Part shown: one piece after another, positions 26,031 through 39,535 of the stretch
Numbering within the stretch: position 1 is the first letter of the stretch
Layout of the letters: every line of letters starts with the position of its first letter
DNA from: Camelus dromedarius
Lineage: Eukaryota
Assembly: GCF_036321535.1 (NCBI RefSeq)
Contig: NC_087447.1
Span: forward strand, 38,566,001-38,630,000
Direction: 5' to 3'
Length of the DNA: 64,000 bases
Made by a program: the position numbers and the translations under genes
The notes under the pieces: generated by a model
The model's input: the letters and a program-made list of their open reading frames with translations, nothing else
The model's database searches: none
Told to the model about the DNA's origin: nothing

Positions 26031-28499
26031 GGGGACATAATGTCATATTCTGGGGGCAGCATCTAAGGAGGCAGCAGAATCTCCCTCCATGAGCTGGGGC
26101 TCCTGTCTCTTCTTTTGTTGGTTTATGTATTTCTATCCTAAGGAAAAACTGCAATGTTTACATAGTTACAGAACAACTGGAAGTGTGACTTATGGCTTTA
26201 TAATTCCTGTAGCTAAGTTCATATACTATGACGTTTCAGAGACAATTTAATTTCTTTCTTTAAGATATAGATTTTATATTGTCTAGGGGTAGAGGGTGCA
26301 TTATAACCCAGGGAGATGATGTCACACATCTCCCACACTGGGTCTTATTCTTCTCTGTGCTTTTAGGGCCCGGCCCGGGGTCTCACTCAGTGCCTTGCAC
26401 ACAAAAGATGTCAATAATTATTTGTTGAATGAACGAATGCCATTGTCTCTGGTCCCTTCCTTGCTCAGAAATCCTCAATGGCGCTCTATTCCTACTCGTC
26501 TACGTGTAATCTCTGCAGCCTGGTTTTCAAGTTCATTTGTGAGACGACCTCAGTCTCCCTTTACAGGCCTGTCTTTACCCCCTTATGCATGCATCTCTCA
26601 CTTCAGGCAAGCTGGACACCTGGGTGGTGGCTCTTGGCCCAGGGAGGGCATCTTCACTGGACTGGGAGAACTTGCTTGCCTGGGGGATACCTTCAGGATG
26701 AGAGAGCTGAAGCACCGAATGTACAGGAGGGACAGCCCAGAGATGCTCTGACCAGACATGGGAAACAAACAACGCTCTCTCAAAACAGACTCGAAGACCA
26801 GATGTAGGGGATATGGCTCTTGGGATAGCTACCCCATTCAGCCAAAGGGCATTACTGGCTGCATTCCTAACATGCTCAGCTCATGAGTCCATTCTCACAC
26901 GGAGAAGGCAATAACAAAAACGGCTATCCTGGACCTCATGGTCCAGCAAGACCAAGACAAGAAAGGCGCCAGTATTTTCTGAGCATTGAAATACTGAGTT
27001 TGCTGCTGCTCATGAAATCGCAGCTTCCCGAGGCAGGGGGAGGGTTCTGCTCTGCGTTCCTTGTGTGCCCTGGACTTGAGTTTTCTGGCTCAAGTTGCAC
27101 TGTGTTGTCACCTATTTCTATGTCGGTCTTTCCCAAAAGACCATGAGCCTCATTAAGGCCAAGTGACTTCTCAAACATGGTGTTTGACATATGAATGAAT
27201 GAATGAAGTCTATGTGAAGCGTGTACACCTTTTCAACCAGTAGATGGCAAATATTCATTGGAAAAATCTACTCTAAACTGTTTCAGACACAGAATCTGGT
27301 GAAAACTAGGTAAGTTTTTCAATACATACACTAGGATGAAATTTGCAGGGCCACCTAGGCCTCCTCTCTTTTAGCAGAGAGAGAAGAAAGCACCAGAACG
27401 GAAGACAGGAGTACTGGGGTGCAAACCTGTGCTGCCATCAGCATGTGGGCAAGTCATGTGTATTTTCCAAGCCTCGGTCTTATTATTTAAAAAAAAAATC
27501 TGTGGACAGTGGTAACTTCAGATAATGTTAGCATCTATGATATCCCAGACCCTGACTCAGGTACTAGGCATAAAGAGATGCCCCAGAAACGGTCCTCTCC
27601 TCTAGAACAATTCAACTTTTCCTCTAGAACAACTGTTTCTTCTAGAACAATTTCAGCTTTTCAACTCTGTAGTGAAAGATTAATTTGATGTCATTTTTAA
27701 AATATCAAATCTGTTGCAGACTGTATCAAAGTTCTGATTTTTAAAAAATTATTATTACAGTCATTGGACATCATTAAATTCCTATTTCTGAATGCTTACT
27801 CTTAACTTCTGGACTTAGTGCTTCATGGACTGGTTGCAAATGGCCTGTGAACAGGCACCGTCCATGGAGTACACTCTCAGGAAGGAGGCCCCCACCGGCT
27901 CCTGCAGAACGTGGGCCTATGAATGTGAGACAGCCCACAGACAAGGTCCTCTCTTTGGCAGGGTATTAAACACTTAAAGCATGTAGGACCGCTGCCTGAC
28001 TGTTTTGGAGGTGAAGTGGGGGTGGCTCTGATCACTTGTGGAGCCATTCTGGAGAAAAGTCCTCTCTGATCCTTTAAGACATCAGGCCCTCCTAGGCCAT
28101 GTGGCTACCAACACACCAGAAGGGGTTTGGGGTACTTTTCAGCCTTTCCTGTACTGTCTGGGCTTCTGGGCTCTTCCTGTTTGGGGCCTCAGCCCTCAGA
28201 CCCAAGGCTAAGCACTGACTGTGATCTTTGCTTTCCTCCTAAGCCATGATTCATACCCTTTCTCTGTGTCAACTATTTTTGCCACTGGGATTATAAATCT
28301 CTACCTCTAACCAGCCCAGTTCTTGGGACCATGTCCTCAGGGGACTTGGAGGCTTACTGGTGCCACGTTGGCCTGACTCCACGAACAGGATCTAGACCAC
28401 CTCTGTGGGTCACCAGGATGAGAACAAACCACTAAGAGCACATAGGTGCTTTCTTATGTGATGTCTTTTAAAGATTCCTAAGCTGGGCTGTTTGGGTTA

Positions 28500-30660
28500 T
28501 TTTTTAATTTAAAAATCACTTTTAAAAATACATATTGCAAAGACATGTTACAAAATTCAAAGGGCACCAGAGGCAACACAATGAGAGGTTCCCCTCCCCT
28601 TCCTACTTACAGCCTCCCACCTCCCTACCCCGGAGGCAACCACTATTCATATTTTTATACACCCTTCAAGAGACAGAAGCATACATCTAAAATGATAACA
28701 CAAGGGGAGTATGCTATAAATACTCTGCTGCACTTTCTTTTTTAACTAAATGATTTGTCTTGGCACTATTTAATCTCAAATTCTCATTTCTGTTTAACTG
28801 GTCTCCTATTAATGGATATTCAAGTTTTCCCACTCTTTCTGTTATAATGTTCTGTAAACAGCAAGTTCCTAGGTATGAGTATATCTGTGTATATGTTTCT
28901 GGATAGGAACCAGAAGTCGGAGAAACATGTCCTTCACAAAGCTGGACGAATCAGCACTGCCCCAGCTGGCATTTTACAGTGTCTGGTTTTCTACACCTCT
29001 TTTTACATACGGTTATCAAAAGCCTAACATCAAAAATTATAGCCCTGTGGAATGAATTTGCATTTCTGTAATTGTAAAGGAGGTGGAGCATCTTTTAAAA
29101 TATCTGAAGGCCATCTAATATCCTTTCCTGAGAAACTGCCTATGTGTTTTGATCATTTTTTAATTGGTTTATTGGTCTTCAAAAAATTGACTCATAAGAG
29201 CTCTTTATATATTAGAGAAATTAGCCCTCCATTTATTGTATGTGCTGCAAATATTTTCCCCACTTTGTCTTTTACCTTTCAAATGTTTAAATATTTCCCA
29301 TAATTAAAAAGATGTTTTCAGGTTATCAATAGTTTCTTTTCTGACTTCTGGGTTTTGTGATGTGCTTGGAAGGGACTTTGCTTGGGATTACAAAATGATT
29401 CTATCTTATTTTCTTCTAATGTTTTTAATGTCTTCATTTTTAAAATATTTAAATCTTTGATATATGCATAGTTTATTTTGGTTTAAGATTTGACGTATGG
29501 AGAAAATGTGTTTTTCCATGGTTTCCAGTTGTGCCATTACCATTAATTAAACAATCCATCTGTCCCCATCTGATGTGAAATTATATTTTTTCTTATATTT
29601 AATTTAAAATAAATTAAAATTTTTTCTGGGCCTTTTTCTGGATTTCCTATTATATTCTATTGATCTGTTTATTTATATGCGAGTGTCACACAGTTTTATT
29701 TAATGTATATTTAATGTACAGTTTTATAATGTGGTTTTTAATATTTGGTTTGGCTAATGTGTTACCTCCCAACAGATCATTATTGTCTTTCAGACATTTT
29801 CTGGTTACTTTTAACTACTTAGTTTTTCATTCCCATAGAATCAGCTTGTATTGTTTTTAAAATTATGTTTTGCAGGGGAAGCACATTAAATTTACAGATT
29901 AAGTTTGGACTATTGTCCTTTTTGCAATATTCACTTTCTTATCAAAGTTTTCCTTATTTATTAAAATAACATTCTTTTAAGAAGGTAACATGTGTATGTA
30001 CCAACAGTACAAAAGGGCATATAATGAAATGTGACTACATCTTTCACTTCTGACTCCTATTCTCCCAGTTTGTTCTAGAGACATTGAGTTTCTGGTGTGT
30101 GTATACACAGAGATACTCTATGCATCTAAAATTCGGCATATGCATAGAATCACTTGACTCTGGCCCGCTTGCCTTTATCCCAGATGGCAGCAAGCTAGAC
30201 ATACTCTTCCGCTTTCCCCCACCTAAGCATATACACCAGGGAGCGTTCTGTATCAGTACACACGGATCTGACTTATTCCTTTTAATAGCTGAATGGTATT
30301 TAACTACATAAGAGCAGCCAGAATTTTTTTTTTAATATGTCCCCTATTGATAAAAAAAAAATGCTTCTTCCCATCTCTTATTTTTAGAAACATTCTTGTA
30401 ATGAGTATCCTTCTTCATATACCTTTGTGTGAGAATATTTCTGAAAGACAAATTCCTAGATTTAGAAATACTATATCAAGGTATAAAGAAAATGTATACG
30501 CAATAACGTAAATATATTCAGCACTCTACTGAACTGTACACTTAAAAATGGTGAAGACAGTATTATGTTCTGCATATTTTTGGCCATAATAAAAATTTTT
30601 AAATGTACCAGTTTGATAGATCTTGCCAAACTGCCCTCTAGGTCTTGACAATTTGTTATT
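28500..30660 (-). mobile_element. Cluster of old L1 (L1ME/MD-like) fragments, with a short plus-strand L1MB tail nested at about 30510-30603
   Basis: T-rich antisense L1 motifs (gaggcaaccact, ataagagctctttatatattagagaaattagcc, tgctgcaaatattttccc); nested actgaactgtacacttaaaaatggtgaag..aataaaaa. Confidence 0.75.
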
Positions 30661-31709
30661 TCCCCACTTAAACTTGTCTTGTGTTTGTAATATTTTGGCT
30701 CAGCTGCTGTAAAAATAGATTTTTAGTGGGTTAAATAATGTATAACTTTTAAATAAAATTATTCCCCATCTCTCTCAAAGAGAGATTCTCAGAGATTCTC
30801 AGAAAAATTCCCAGGGATTGATGATGCTCTAATGTCGAACCATGGAGGTTGGGAATTGCTACTACTTTGCTTCTTCCAGCAAAGGCAGCCTGGGCAAGAT
30901 TTATTAAAGAACAGGCATCGCTCAGTCACTTTAGCTGCTTGTCCTACTGTGATATAGATTTGTTTGAAGACCCAACTGAAAGCAAACAAGAGGTTTCCCA
31001 TGACTCAGATCACACCTTTCAAATGATGTTCTAATTTCTGTGTCAAGTGTCTGTGACTGAGAATCTTTTTAACTCCTTTTCCACCTCCACCCATAGTATC
31101 ACTTTTTTTCTATCAACTCTAAGTACCCACTTACACATTCTGTGCAGTTAAGCCTTGAATAAGGTGGTGAAGGACAGAAGAGGTATAGATAATAATACTA
31201 ATGTAACCCAAATAAAACTGGGCATTTCTGGGGGCTGACAAATCTAAATTTATTTTATTTTATTTACCCAGTCTGACTCCATGAAGCCTTGAAAGCACTG
31301 TAGGTCTTTACTGAATGTTTCTTGAGGAGGAAGCAGAGGATAAATTACATCACACAGTGTTCTGCAAAGTGTACAGCTAAAAATTCTCTTTTGATGTCTC
31401 TTCTTTTAGAAATCAAACTTACTAAAAGTCTTATTTTGACCTTTCCTCCTCGCTCCGATTTCCAGTCCAAACAGCAGCTGCTCAAATATGTCTCTTCTCA
31501 CTCCTTAGAATTCTAATACTGTCCCAGCTTCCTGGTCTTATTTCTCCCCTTACTTTTCCTTCTTCCTGGTCTACATCCGCCAGCAGCTTTTATGTAGTGC
31601 ATATACCCGCCTCTTCCAATTGCATTCCCACCCAATAAAGCCAAAGCATTTTCTTAGAAGGTGGGAGGACAAGGGAACTATAAATCCTTCAAATGTACTT
31701 TTTTGTCCT

Positions 31710-31870
31710 AATAATAAAAGTAATAATTGGTCATATTTCAAGCTAGGCACTGCAATTATATTATTTCATAACCAACAAATGTGGTTCATAGTCTTATGGT
31801 CATTTTGTAAATGAAAAATCTAAGGCTCAGTGAGGTTAGGTGACCTACTCAAGGTCAAATAGTTATGAAG
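31710..31870 (-). mobile_element. MIR SINE
   Basis: cattttgtaaatgaaaaatctaaggctcagtgaggttaggtgacctactcaaggtca. Confidence 0.75.
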
Positions 31871-32289
31871 CTTACCTACTTGCCCTGTACTGTTTTCATG
31901 GTTCTAAAGTAACAATGCAAGGTGGTAGATAAGTGCAATGCAGTGCAAGAGCAAATAAGTGGTCGTGACCATGCCCTTGGCCCTCGTATCACTTCTCTGG
32001 TCTCTGCCTTTCCAAATCTTTATGCTTAGGTCTAGTGATACCCCCTGGTCCCACATCAGTGGCTGAACTAACCTCTGGTCCCAGCATTTCCCCCCAGTTG
32101 GCTTAGCTCTGCACCCTGGGGCTCTGTTGATCGCCTCTCTCCTTTGTGCCAAGCCTCCATTCTCTTTAGTGCTCCTCCCTGACATGCAGCCCTGAATTCT
32201 GGTTCTTTGTCTGAGGTTCTGTGACTTGGTCTACTTCTCACCAATCTACTGCTGACTTGAAATGTCAATTAATTTACCTTCAATTCCCT

Positions 32290-32805
32290 TTTTAGTATAA
32301 GCTGCTCTAACCACAGCTCTATGGTTCTTTACATGGGGGTGGCTGCTGATTGGATTAGGAGTAGCTCTCTGATGCAGGGGGAACCCATGCACAAACCATC
32401 CAATGATCAATCTGTCTTTCCAGTGTTGCAACTGAGAGTCACCAACCCTGCTCAGTTGGCTATGGAAGCCAAGGAAGAAAGTCATATAGCCACCATTTGG
32501 GGCTACGTGCAACATAAGTAAGAAGAGACAGCAGATCTATTGAGAAAAGGTGGTTGAAGAGATTCACATAGAAGAGCAGAGAAAAGACCACATAACCCAG
32601 GTAGTGGGGTTGGGTGGGGAGGGGAGAGTGTCAGCAGCTGTCTCAGCCTGATGACTTCTGGTTACAGCTCTTGTGAGGTTTTTTTGAAGTCAGAATTAGC
32701 TGTGTTTTCCTGAGTTCTACTTTTTGTCTACAGTCAAGTTTCCTTTGTCTTGAGTTATTTCGAGCGGGTTCCTGTTACTGACGCTTGAGAGACTTCACTG
32801 GACCA
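32290..32805 (+). mobile_element. Old MaLR/ERVL LTR remnant (MLT1-like)
   Basis: tgattggattagg.., gccaccattt, 3' end tttcgagcgggttcctgttact.. resembles the MLT1 terminus. Confidence 0.5.
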
Positions 32806-33329
32806 CCTCCTTCCTTGGGTTGGGAGCCTTGTCTATATTTCTACCCTCTGGCAGGTGTCCTGTGGCACATGGGAAGGTCTCCTGTTTGGGGGCTGCCTCT
32901 AGGCCTTGTTCTGGAGGTGGCATTGAACTAGATCCTGTGGGCATCCAGATAAAGCCATTCCACGGAAGGGGAGGAATGTAAGCACTGGAATAGAGTTGGA
33001 ACGGGCATGGAGCTTTGCTGGGGCTCCTTTTTTTTTATATGTGGATGTGGTTATTGTCCTTAAATTGTTTAGGGTCAACTGTGGACAGAGGACTAGGGCT
33101 ATCAGGAGATGACGCTGTTAAGCGGGGGTGGGGGGAGTGGGAGGCAGAGAGAGCCTGGAGGATGGCAAAGGAGTGGTCCTCATCCTGTGGCTCTTGGGGT
33201 GAGGATGGACATGATAAACTTGAACCTCTAGAATCACCAACCTTTCAAGCTCCTGCAGGGGCCCTTCAGTCTTCGGACAAACCCCTCATTTTACTGATGA
33301 GGAAATGGACACCCAAGAATGGAAACGTG

Positions 33330-33590
33330 GTAATGATAGATAACACTTAATGAGCACTGTCTACAGGGCAGGCCCTGCTCCAGGCACTTTCCACGTATCC
33401 GCTCCATTAGTCCCTAGGCCACTCTGTGAAGCTGGCGCTACAACCACCCTCATCTCCTAGAAGAGGAAAGCAAGGCACAGAGGGGTTGAGTAACTTGTCT
33501 AAAGTCACACAGTAAGTAAGAGCTGGAACAGGGTTTGAATCCAGGAATCTTGATTTAGAGCCAGTGCTTTTAGCAATTATACCATACGAC
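33330..33590 (-). mobile_element. MIR SINE (near full length)
   Basis: taacacttaatgagcact..aaggcacagaggggttgagtaacttgtctaaagtcacacag..tttgaatccagg. Confidence 0.85.
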
Positions 33591-33647
33591 TACTCACAAG
33601 CACTGCAGATCACTGGAACTTTATTACTATAAATAAAAGCTAGTAAC

Positions 33648-33676
33648 GTGTGAGTGTGTGTGTGTGTGTGTGTGTG
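33648..33676. repeat. (TG)n microsatellite
   Basis: Seen directly, one interruption. Confidence 0.95.
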
Positions 33677-34304
33677 AGACACTTTTTCAAACACATGAGG
33701 CAGCATGTCACGATTCATGGAAAATATCAGAAATCAGGCAAGGGTTTTAGTTCTAATTAGAGGAAAGTGATCATAACTGTAGAAAATAAAAAATCAGGAA
33801 AAATAAAAGTTTAGTAGACACCTGTTATCTCTAATGATTTAAAGAAGATGAGAAAAGGAAATTCTCAAACCCTGCCTGACAGTTCCCAGAGCCTTATAAA
33901 CTGTTTCAACTTTAAAGAAAAAGCACATCCCTTTGTTTATTGATTCTTGTGCCACAGGTGGTGCGATAATCCTGGCAGCAGGTTTAAGGAATCCGCCAAA
34001 GTGAGGCCTCCTGCAGGTGAAATAATCAATGCTTACATTAGGGTCCACCATTATCTGACCTCTTATGGTCAGGGAAGCTGTGAGTCTCGAGAAATACAAG
34101 TCAGAGTGTTTTTTTCTATATTTTGAGAAATATAAAAGTTGGAATTTTTTTCTAGCATTCTTTTTTCCACGAGTGAGAGGCATTCACAGCTCATGGCCTC
34201 TTATACAAGAGACATTTATGGCTTGGTTGTCAATTCATCAGTTCAGACACTGGTTGAGCACCTACTTCATGTGAGACACTGTATTAGGTGCTGGATATGC
34301 TAGG

Positions 34305-35095
34305 TGGACATCTGGAAACATCAAAGACTGAGCTAATTCAAAAGGTTCTCCCTCCTGCTAAAAACACATAGAAATGTTAGACAAACTATAGCAAGACAAA
34401 GTTTCATAAATACATAACTGAATTTAGAAAAAATTTCCTGGATACCAGAAAGGGGGAGGAAAGTCTAACCCAGAACTGTGGACAGGAGCTGATGCCTGGG
34501 GACCTGTTGGGGCCAGGGCGGCCCCAGGAGCTGGAGGTGGAGGTTTTAAAGCCACACAGGGAGAGAGGCAGGGGTCTCGAGTTGGTGTGAGGTGGGATGT
34601 GGGAAGAAATGCCCCGCAACAAGCTGGACATTTTGAAGGGCTGCCCTTTTTATGAACAGGGGATAAGAAAACCCTCCATCAGTTATTTCAGGGGGGTGAA
34701 AAGGAAGCTTGCCCTCTGTCCAGGCCCATGATTGAAAATTCACCTTCAAGAAATAGAAGCCCCAGCCTCTCCCATGTGTGAATGCAGAGTCCACATTTAT
34801 ACTGGGCAGGCAGCAGGCAACTGCAAGCTGAGAAATGCCATTAAAACTCGGGTGGAAAGACAAAAATGCAATCTCCCCCTAACGGGACACCACAACTTGA
34901 GAGCATAGCACTCCCACAGGAAACAAAGGAAAGCACCCACTGAAGATGAGCAAAATAACCAAAATCAAATGAGGAAGCGAGTGATGGGGAGAGAGAGCAA
35001 ATTCAATTCAAAGAAACATTAGTCCCTAAGACCCTGAGATAATAGAATAATCTGAATGACATAATTAGACATTTAAAATTGAAGAGATACAGGTA
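34305..35095 (+). mobile_element. Old L1M 5' end remnant
   Basis: ctccctcctgctaaaaacacatagaaatgttagacaaa start; A-rich ORF1-like end. Confidence 0.55.
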
Positions 35096-35098
35096 ACT

Positions 35099-35212
35099 AG
35101 TGAAAAAGAATATGAAAAAGAATATATATATATGAATAACTGAATCACTATGCTGTTCACCAGAAACTAACACAACACTGTAAATCAACTATACTTCAAT
35201 TTAAAAAAAAAA
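35099..35212 (+). mobile_element. Short cetartiodactyl-type L1 3' tail
   Basis: gaaaaagaatatatata..aactgaatcactatgctg..cagaaactaacacaacactgtaaatcaactatacttcaatttaaaaaaaaaa; possible TSD aggtaact/aagtaact. Confidence 0.9.
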
Positions 35213-35519
35213 GTAACTGTAATGAAGCAATAGAATGCATAAGAACAGAGCAGTGAGGAAAACCAACAAGCACTTGCCTTCCAGGGACACAGAGCCTGTC
35301 TGGGAGATGGAGAAGGAAATGAGTGGGGATGATTCAGTCTAGGAGAGAGACAGCACAGAGAGCTGTGGACCCAGCCCACCCAGGGGAAGGGGTGGGGAAA
35401 CTAACACACGTCTATGTGTGTCCACAAGGAACAGGGGATGTTAAAGGCTGGGGGAACTCCGAGAACTGCACACTCAAGGGCTCCCTCCAGGGCACAGTCT
35501 AATGCCTGCATTTCCGCGG

Positions 35520-36010
35520 CTGCAGCAGAGATTCCCCTAAAGCAACTAAGTACATTATATGGAAATGGTTATTTATGTATCTGCTTCTCCCACCCAACCT
35601 GTGAATTTCTCCAGCCCGGAGACAATGTGTCCTTCATTCATGCCCTCACTCCCTCTCCTCTGCCACACCTGCTTTCAGTTCTTCAAGCACCATAGGCTCT
35701 TTTCTACTTCAGTCTTCATGTTACATGCTGCTGTCACCATCCAGACTGGTCTTTTCCTCATGCTTTTCTTTTGGGTTTCAGCTTAATGGGCACTCCTCAA
35801 AGAGATCATCCCTGAGCACCTTACTTAAAAAGGTCCCTCCCTACTACTGGTCTCTATGTCACTCCCGTGGGTTTCTTTTACTTATTGTAATTTATAATTA
35901 TTTAACTGTTTTTTCCCTTGTCTCCCCCATTAGAACATGGACTCCATGAAGGTAGGGAATGATCTGATCGTTTATTTAGCAGGTGTTCAGTGAAGCTATT
36001 GAATAAATTA
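35520..36010 (+). mobile_element. L2 3' remnants
   Basis: tctcccccattagaacatggactccatgaaggtaggga..ttgaataaat. Confidence 0.65.
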
Positions 36011-36016
36011 GTAGAC

Positions 36017-36486
36017 TGAAGAAACGGTGAAATAAAATTCATATTTTTCGGCAAGGCGAGAACAATTTAAACACAAAAAATTCTTCTCTGCCCTTTGGTC
36101 TCCTCTCTCCCCTCACTGTGCATCGTGTGCCTCTCTTATGCATCGATCAAACCGGCAGGAATACCTGCTCAACCATAAAGAGCAATGTTCTCCCAGCATC
36201 AACAAGACAACTCCTTAAAAGGTAACATTCCTTCTCAATCTGGTAAGGGGTCACGTGACCCACTACAATGACGCTTAGATCTGGGTTGTGTAAACTGCCA
36301 ATAATACATCATTTGATGCATAGCCTTTTGTCTCAAAAAACATACATAACTGTGCCTTGACTTCTAATGGGTAGAACAGTTCTCAGAGTTTTCTGAGATG
36401 TTCTTCCCAGGTTATAATCCTCACATTTGGCTCGAATAAAATTTTCCATTTCTTTCTTTGATCAACTGGTCGATTTTCTGTTGACA
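36017..36486 (+). mobile_element. Solo ERV1-type LTR (470 bp), antisense to SPON1
   Basis: TG..CA termini (tgaagaaac..ctgttgaca); 4-bp TSD agac/aaac (1 mismatch); AATAAA about 50 nt from the 3' end; retained CpGs; no flanking internal ERV sequence. Confidence 0.8.
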
Positions 36487-36494
36487 AAACAATT

Positions 36495-37230
36495 ATGAAG
36501 CAATTAACACTACACCCAGCTCAGAGGATACAGAGATGGATTTGCACTTCGCAGTTTAGTGAGGAAGAGACATCAAACAAGGACTTGCAGTAAACGTGAT
36601 GACTGTAATGATAGGGGAGGTACAGGGTGTTGCAGGAGCACCTGGCAAGGGTACCAGTTTTGTACGGAATTTGGGAAGGCTTCCAGGAAGAAGCAACGTT
36701 TAAGCTGAGTCCTGAAGGATAAAGAGTTTACCAGTTGAAGGGGAGCTGCAAGATGTTCCAGGCTGACAGAGGGCTCAGATGCCAGAGGGTCATGGCTCTT
36801 GGGAGAAACTGAGAGGTTCTGCAGTGGTAAAGCTTGGATCTGCAGCAAGAAATTTAAGATGGCGGAGGTAAACAAGGCCAGATCATGCAGGGTGCTTAAG
36901 CTATGAAAAGGAGTTTGGACTTCATCCTGACTAGGGTCAGTCAGGAGCCATTAAACATCTTAACTGGGAGAGTGGCATACTCCAATTGGTATTTTATAAA
37001 ATGGCCACGAGGCAGTGTGAGTAACAGGAAGACTGGAGGTAGGGAGACCAGATGGCTTGTGCAATAATTTAGGCAATAGATGAAGGTGGTTTAAATGGAG
37101 ATGTGGTGATGAGGAAGTGAACTGGAGGAATTTAGGAGAGAAGGCAAAAGTTGGGGCAGGGGGCAGAATCAAGGATAATGACTAGGTTTCTAGCATGAAA
37201 AACATGGTGAAGGGTGCACCATCTTTGGGC
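36495..37230 (-). mobile_element. L2 LINE remnant
   Basis: ggaaggcttccaggaagaagcaacgtttaagctgagtcctgaagga; ggccagatcatgcaggg..ggagtttggacttcatcct. Confidence 0.85.
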
Positions 37231-38239
37231 CACATCCAGCAGAGAAGCAGACACCTAGTGTACATGACATAAATGTGCACTTGATGGGGTAGAAATGGTC
37301 TTAGTGTAATGTTTTCAGAACTATGAGTACGTATCGACTCACTTTTAGGTCCTGGGTCTACCTACCTACACGTGCGATCTACCATTCCCTACGCCTCCAC
37401 GTGTCTTGGTGACCCATCTGTGACCTGCCCGGTGCTGGCCTTAGCTCAGTATTTCTAATCCACAGTCCCCACTAGGACACACTGGCCTCCATTCCCTGCA
37501 AAGAAGTGTGCATTGTGCCCTTCCCTGACTCTCTCCAGCCACCAGTGTCATTATTGCCAGTAATGCTGCGGTCATTTTTCATTAATATTCTTGGTGTTTT
37601 GCAGTTATAGTAACATTAAAATTTACACTCAATAATATTATTACAGTTTTCCACTATTAATAGGATTATTATTTTTGTTCATTTGTATTTGAAAGCCATT
37701 AGCATAAGATTTACCTCCAACAATATCTGCTGTGATTTTTAATGCCCTTGAAACTTGCAGTGAGCGATAAGTCTACAACAAGAGAGTGCTGGGAAGCATA
37801 TAAATGTTTTTCTTAGCAAAAGAGGGCTTTTTATTTTCATCCTTGTTGGACTTGGGTTCTTTGATAGAGTGGTTGGTAGGATATAAGGCATTAAAGGCTG
37901 AGAACACTGTGTTAGTCTGTTGATGTGTTCAAACAAGCTCCTGGTTATTCAGAGGACTTTTATATTCTAGGAGGATTCATATTCTTGCTCCTTTTTATGT
38001 TGTTCCTTACCTGACTTACAGGAAAATATAATAAATTGTGTGCTTGCAGGGAACAATATTTAGAACCATGAATTGTTCGGAAGGGAAGGGACCCTGAAAT
38101 CACTCTATCCACCTGACTTTCTGATGAGCTGGGGGGCTGGGGTGCTTGATGCGTTGCTAGCAGAGCTCTGGAAACAGGCTTATTTCAGAGGCTGGGGTGG
38201 TGGAGGGAGCTTCTCCATGGGGCAGGGAAAGTGGATGGG

Positions 38240-38387
38240 CAGGGCCGGCCTGATGAATGTGTGATCTTTGCAGATTCTCAGGGCCCAATGGTGTGAAATT
38301 CACAGGGTCACCAACTTGAAACTCTTAAGTTTTAAACAAGGGACCCCGCATTTTCAGGAGCCCCTGCAAATGATGTATCTGGTGCGG
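38240..38387 (+). mobile_element. MER91A (hAT-Tip100) fossil
   Basis: cagggccggc..cttgaaactcttaa..aacaagggaccccgcattttca..cccctgcaaatgatgta. Confidence 0.75.
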
Positions 38388-39413
38388 AGTGCAGGTTGCA
38401 GAGTCAGACAGGCTTGGGTTCAAGTTCTGGAATTCTCTAGCTATTGACGGTGCTTCAGTTTCTTTATTTGCAAAACTGGGATGATAATCTTGTCTTCTCC
38501 AACTAGAGGTGAGAGCTCAGAGTGCATGGTCAGCACCCAGAGGGCCGGACAGATGATCCCTTAGGACATGCTCCATGGGATTTTTAACTCCTGTGTGCAG
38601 TACCTGTAATTAAGCACTATGATGACTTAACATCAGGAACACTAGCCAGCTGGGATAGCCAAATATTGTCTGTGTGTACAGGAGCTAATCCCAGGTGCTG
38701 GTTAGAAACACAGCAAGCAAAGAATGTTTTCCTAAAGGAGGCCCCATTCTAAGGCAGGGTCTTATCCATCAGTTTTTAGCCTTCTCACTGCTATGTTCGC
38801 CAGCACTATGTTTTCTCAGTTTCTCATAATTCATATGTGCTCCACTTCTCTCCAGAAACTCCTTAAAACAGCCAACAAGTGACACAAGCACGAGTATGAA
38901 GATGCCCTTGACCTAAATCCAATTAATTTGTAAACTTCACTACGTCAACTATTATCTGTAACAAATGGTTTTAACACACAACACGACACGACAGAACTTG
39001 ACAAGCCGGCGTATCACAATTCCATGCCTGAGAACCAAGAACCCAAACAAGGGATTTCCCTTCCCTGACAAGCCAGACTAGGACCAACATGATGCCCTCG
39101 TGACTTTGCAGATGAATGTGGTGCACTGTAGCCCAAATGAGTGATACCAGTTAGGAGGTACGGCAGCCAGAGTCAGAGAAACACTGAGTAGCTAGTAGGA
39201 TAAACTTGTGATGAATAATAACATGCTCTCTTAGAACATTGGGTTAAACAATTTTTCCAAGAATGAAGAAAGGTTTTAAATCAAATCAATGAGAAACAAG
39301 CTAACTCCTGGGCATTTTGGACTCTGGCCCAAAAGGATTCCTCAGGGGATTATAGTAGGAATGCTGCATTCAGTTTAGGGTTTGTGGGAGCTTGGAGTCC
39401 AGATGGTGAACTT

Positions 39414-39535
39414 CAAGAGGAAGCACTGGGGGCCTCAGCTGGGCTCGCCCTCCTGCACACACATGTCGTGAGACAAGAGGAAGCACTGGGGGCCTCAGCT
39501 GGGCTCGCCCTCCTGCACACACATGTTGTGAGACA
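39414..39535. repeat. Two-copy 60-bp tandem duplication
   Basis: 39414-39473 equals 39474-39533 except C39467/T39527. Confidence 0.97.

Noticed and set aside
39414..39535. Direct repeats as a CRISPR-like array
   Set aside because: Two abutting copies with no spacers, no cas genes, mammalian context
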